NCBI GenBank assembly: GCA_040389905.1
Contig: JAZJZK010000014.1
Location: forward strand, 224,001-288,000
From: Gemmatimonadota bacterium
Lineage (GTDB): Bacteria > Gemmatimonadota > Gemmatimonadetes > Gemmatimonadales > Gemmatimonadaceae
Length of the DNA stretch: 64,000 bases
Reading direction: 5' to 3'
Of this stretch, positions 61,077-64,000 are shown piece by piece (position 1 is the first letter of the stretch; each line of letters opens with the position of its first letter). Position numbers and translations under genes: made by a program. Under the pieces are notes generated by a model. The model was not told the DNA's origin. It saw nothing but the letters and a program-made list of their open reading frames with translations, and made no database searches.

Positions 61077-62417
61077 ATGACAAGCATCGCGTCGTCGCAG
61101 GGTACGCCGCGGGTTTCCAACCCGACGCAGGTCCAGTCGGCGATCGCGTCCCTCGAGCGGGCGCGCGCACACACGCTGGCGATCATCGCGCCGCTTACCG
61201 ATGACGATGTGGCCACGCAGCACGATTCGCTGATGAGCCCGATTCTCTGGGACCTCGGACACATTGCCGCATTCGAGAATCTGTGGCTGCTTCACAATCT
61301 CGACGGGCCGATCGAATTCTCGGAGATGCCGGGGACGTACAATCCCTTCGAACATCCCCGTTCGACGCGGGGCGCACTCCCCTTACCCACGCTCGACGGC
61401 CAGCGCGCTGAGCTGGCACGGGTTCGAGCGCGTGTGCAGACGCGCCTCGCCAATGAACCGTTCGACGCCCGCGCTCCCCTCCTGCGCGACGCGTACGTGG
61501 TCCGGATGGTCGCTCAACACGAGCGGCAGCATCAGGAAACGATTCTCCAGACTCTCCAACTGAAGACCGGCCTGCCGTATCCGGCACCGCGCATGTGGAC
61601 GCTGCCTCGAGGCCGAGCGCGGGACGGAGACTCGATGGTCGCGTTCCCGGGTGGGCGCGTTCAGATCGGCACGGACGATCGCACGGAGAGCTACGACAAC
61701 GAGCGCCCGGCGCACGAGGTCGAGCTTGCCCCGTTTCTGATCGATGCGACCGCGGTGACCAACGAGGCGTATCTGCAATTCGTCGAAGCCGGAGGCTACG
61801 ACACGCGAGCCCATTGGAGCGAGGCGGGCTGGCGCTGGCGAACGGAGAGCGGTGCGTGCGCACCGAAACACTGGCAATATGACGACGATGGGAACTGGAG
61901 CACGCGCTCGATGGATCTGGTGGAGATACTTGATCCGCTGAAGCCGGTGTGCCACGTGTGCTATCACGAGGCCGACGCGTACGCGCGCTCCGTCGGGAAG
62001 CGCTTGCCCACCGAGCACGAATGGGAAGCCGCTGCGACGTGGAATCCGATGCAGGCGCGCCAGCAACGCTTCCCCTGGGGCGACGAGCCGCTGTCACGCG
62101 ATCTCGCGAACGTCGACCAGCTTGGCTTCGGTACGGCGCAGGTGGGTGCATACCCGCGCAACGTGTCGCCGATCGGTTGCTACGGGATGATCGGCGACGT
62201 CTGGGAATGGACGTCGAGTGATTTCACCGGGTATCCGTCCTACGCGACCTTCCCCTACGCCGAATACTCGGAGGTCTTCTTCGGCAATGCGTACAAGGTG
62301 TTGCGCGGCGGCTCGTGGGCGACGGCCGCCGACGTTGCCCGTGCCACCTTCCGCAACTGGGACTACCCGATCCGCCGACAGATCTTCGCGGGCTTCCGAT
62401 GTGCGCGTGATGCATGA
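61077..62417 (+). CDS. egtB: Ergothioneine biosynthesis sulfoxide synthase EgtB
   Basis: MSPILWDLGH, HERQHQE, FGE-sulfatase-like domain, FRNWDYPIRRQIFAGFRCA. Confidence 0.93.
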   Translation: MTSIASSQGTPRVSNPTQVQSAIASLERARAHTLAIIAPLTDDDVATQHDSLMSPILWDLGHIAAFENLWLLHNLDGPIEFSEMPGTYNPFEHPRSTRGALPLPTLDGQRAELARVRARVQTRLANEPFDARAPLLRDAYVVRMVAQHERQHQETILQTLQLKTGLPYPAPRMWTLPRGRARDGDSMVAFPGGRVQIGTDDRTESYDNERPAHEVELAPFLIDATAVTNEAYLQFVEAGGYDTRAHWSEAGWRWRTESGACAPKHWQYDDDGNWSTRSMDLVEILDPLKPVCHVCYHEADAYARSVGKRLPTEHEWEAAATWNPMQARQQRFPWGDEPLSRDLANVDQLGFGTAQVGAYPRNVSPIGCYGMIGDVWEWTSSDFTGYPSYATFPYAEYSEVFFGNAYKVLRGGSWATAADVARATFRNWDYPIRRQIFAGFRCARDA

Positions 62418-63390
62418 GTCGGCCGTCGTTCCGGCGACGTTGCTGTCCGCTGCCGCGGGGCAATCGCGCATGCGCGCCGACGTGCGCGACGGACTTTTTC
62501 GCGGCGGCCAGAAGGAGCTGCCGCCCACCTATTTTTATGACGCGCGCGGCTCGATCCTGTTCGATGAGATCACGCGCCTCGATGAGTACTATCCGACGCG
62601 CGCTGAGCGCGCGCTCCTCGAGGCCTTTGCACAAGAGATCATCGTGACGAGCGGCGCCCGCGCGCTCGCGGAACTTGGCGCCGGCACTGCGGAGAAGTCG
62701 CGCATCCTTCTGCGCGCGCTCGCCGACGCGGCCCCCGGCGCACAGTATCTACCGATCGACGTTGATGGGGACACACTCGCGATCACGGCGGCCGAGCTTC
62801 GCGCGGAGTTCCCGTCGCTCCAGATCCTTCCGATCGTCGCCGATATGCGCGATGACGTCGCGGCGGCCGGTGCGCGTCATCCCCTGCTGTACGCCTTTCT
62901 CGGAAGTACGATCGGAAACTTTGGTCCGGACGCCGCGCGCGAACTGTTGATGCGGATCCGAAGCTCCCTTCGCCCGACCGACCGCTTGCTGCTCGGCGTC
63001 GACCTGGTCAAGAACGTGGCGACCCTCAATGCCGCCTACAACGACGCGCGCGGAGTCACCGCCGATTTCAACCTCAACGTGCTTCGCGTGCTGAATCGCG
63101 AGCTGGGCGCAGATTTCGATCTCGATGCCTTCACGCATCACGCGTTCTACAATGAGGGTCTCGCACGCATCGAAATGCATCTCGTCGCGAGAACTCCGGT
63201 GACCGTCGCGATCCCGGAGTTGGGCACGGTGCAGTTTGCCGGTGGAGAGTCGGTGCGCACGGAGATCAGCTGCAAGTACGACCGCGCATCCGCAACCGCG
63301 CTGCTCGAGGGCAGTGGGTTTCGCCTCACGGAATGGATGGTCGGAGAGCATCCGCAGTTTGCCCTCCTGCTCGCAGAGCCGGCGCCTTGA
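62410..63390 (+). CDS. egtD: Histidine N-alpha-methyltransferase EgtD
   Basis: KELPPTYFYDARGS.LF.EIT.L.EYYPTR, ELGAG, FLGSTIGN, AYND..GVTADFN, TEISCK. Confidence 0.93.
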   Translation: MHESAVVPATLLSAAAGQSRMRADVRDGLFRGGQKELPPTYFYDARGSILFDEITRLDEYYPTRAERALLEAFAQEIIVTSGARALAELGAGTAEKSRILLRALADAAPGAQYLPIDVDGDTLAITAAELRAEFPSLQILPIVADMRDDVAAAGARHPLLYAFLGSTIGNFGPDAARELLMRIRSSLRPTDRLLLGVDLVKNVATLNAAYNDARGVTADFNLNVLRVLNRELGADFDLDAFTHHAFYNEGLARIEMHLVARTPVTVAIPELGTVQFAGGESVRTEISCKYDRASATALLEGSGFRLTEWMVGEHPQFALLLAEPAP

Positions 63391-64000
63391 AATACGCGGC
63401 GAGCGCTCGCTCAGCGTGGGTCGAGCGCTACCTCGCGGAGCACTGTTTTTCTCCGCCCGCTTCCAGCCGGCTGACGTTCGGCGCAGAACTCGAACTGCTC
63501 GCGTACACCAGTCCGTCCCACACGATCGCTCCCATCGTCGGACAGCACGGGCAGACGGGAACCCTCGACATCGTGCGCATCGCGGCCAAATCCATGCGGT
63601 GGGCGGAATGTGTTTCTGCCAAAGGCGTTCCGCGCTTCGCGAGTGCGAGCGGCGGGTCCTTGACCTTCGAGCCTGGCGGCCAGCTCGAGTATGCGAGCGC
63701 CGTGCACCACTCGCTCGACGCGCTGGCCCACGAGCTGACCACCGTCGAGTCACTGCTCACTCGCGTCGCACAGGAACATGGGATCGAGTTGGTCGCGCGA
63801 GGCGTAGATCCATACAACGGCGCGAGCGACGCTCCACTCCAGCTCACCGCAGAGCGGTATGCACGCATGGCTCGTCATTTCGCGACCATCGGTGCAGACG
63901 GCGCGCGCATGATGCGCCAGACGGCGAGCCTTCAGGTGAACATCGGCGGCATTCGGCCCACCGAACGCTGGGCGGTCGCAAACGCGATGGCTCCGATGCT
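63387..64000 (+). CDS. egtA: Glutamate-cysteine ligase (EgtA-like), 3'-truncated by the window edge
   Basis: TTG start overlapping the egtD stop; GAELE, LTFEPGGQLEY, RY..M..HF..G..MM..TASLQVN. Confidence 0.85.
   Translation, partial: MKYAASARSAWVERYLAEHCFSPPASSRLTFGAELELLAYTSPSHTIAPIVGQHGQTGTLDIVRIAAKSMRWAECVSAKGVPRFASASGGSLTFEPGGQLEYASAVHHSLDALAHELTTVESLLTRVAQEHGIELVARGVDPYNGASDAPLQLTAERYARMARHFATIGADGARMMRQTASLQVNIGGIRPTERWAVANAMAPM

Noticed and set aside
61077..62417. Selenoneine synthase SenA
   Set aside because: No selenophosphate synthetase or SenB glycosyltransferase adjacent; egtD and egtA context fits ergothioneine

Overview
This is a GC-rich bacterial chromosomal window. The ADOP/PadR pair, the EF-P loop type and the many lipoproteins suggest a Gemmatimonadota/Acidobacteriota-like organism; this is inference only. 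The left part holds carbohydrate and redox genes (GH3, GH97 with an in-frame TAG, sulfatase, aldo/keto reductase, LLM oxidoreductase), a beta-propeller hybrid kinase and a decaying chromate locus. An island-like block (PrlF/YhaV toxin-antitoxin pair, TPR-CHAT protease, broken vsr) abuts tRNA-Gly(CCC). On the other side of that tRNA is an unexplained three-gene operon (30236-36419) ending in an orphan tail-fibre-like protein with 17-aa repeats and FN3-like domains; no sheath, tube or baseplate genes are present. This is the best candidate for an undescribed system. The rest contains PadR plus an ADOP permease, FAD oxidoreductases, efp with seven tRNAs, tesA-ybbAP, a phosphorelay cluster built around a PilB/GspE ATPase-receiver fusion, a TsdA-like cytochrome c and egtB-egtD-egtA. 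Several palindromic REP/MITE-like elements are scattered through the window, two of them inside coding frames. No CRISPR array, integrase or transposase was recognised. All family calls come from visual motif recognition, not database searches.
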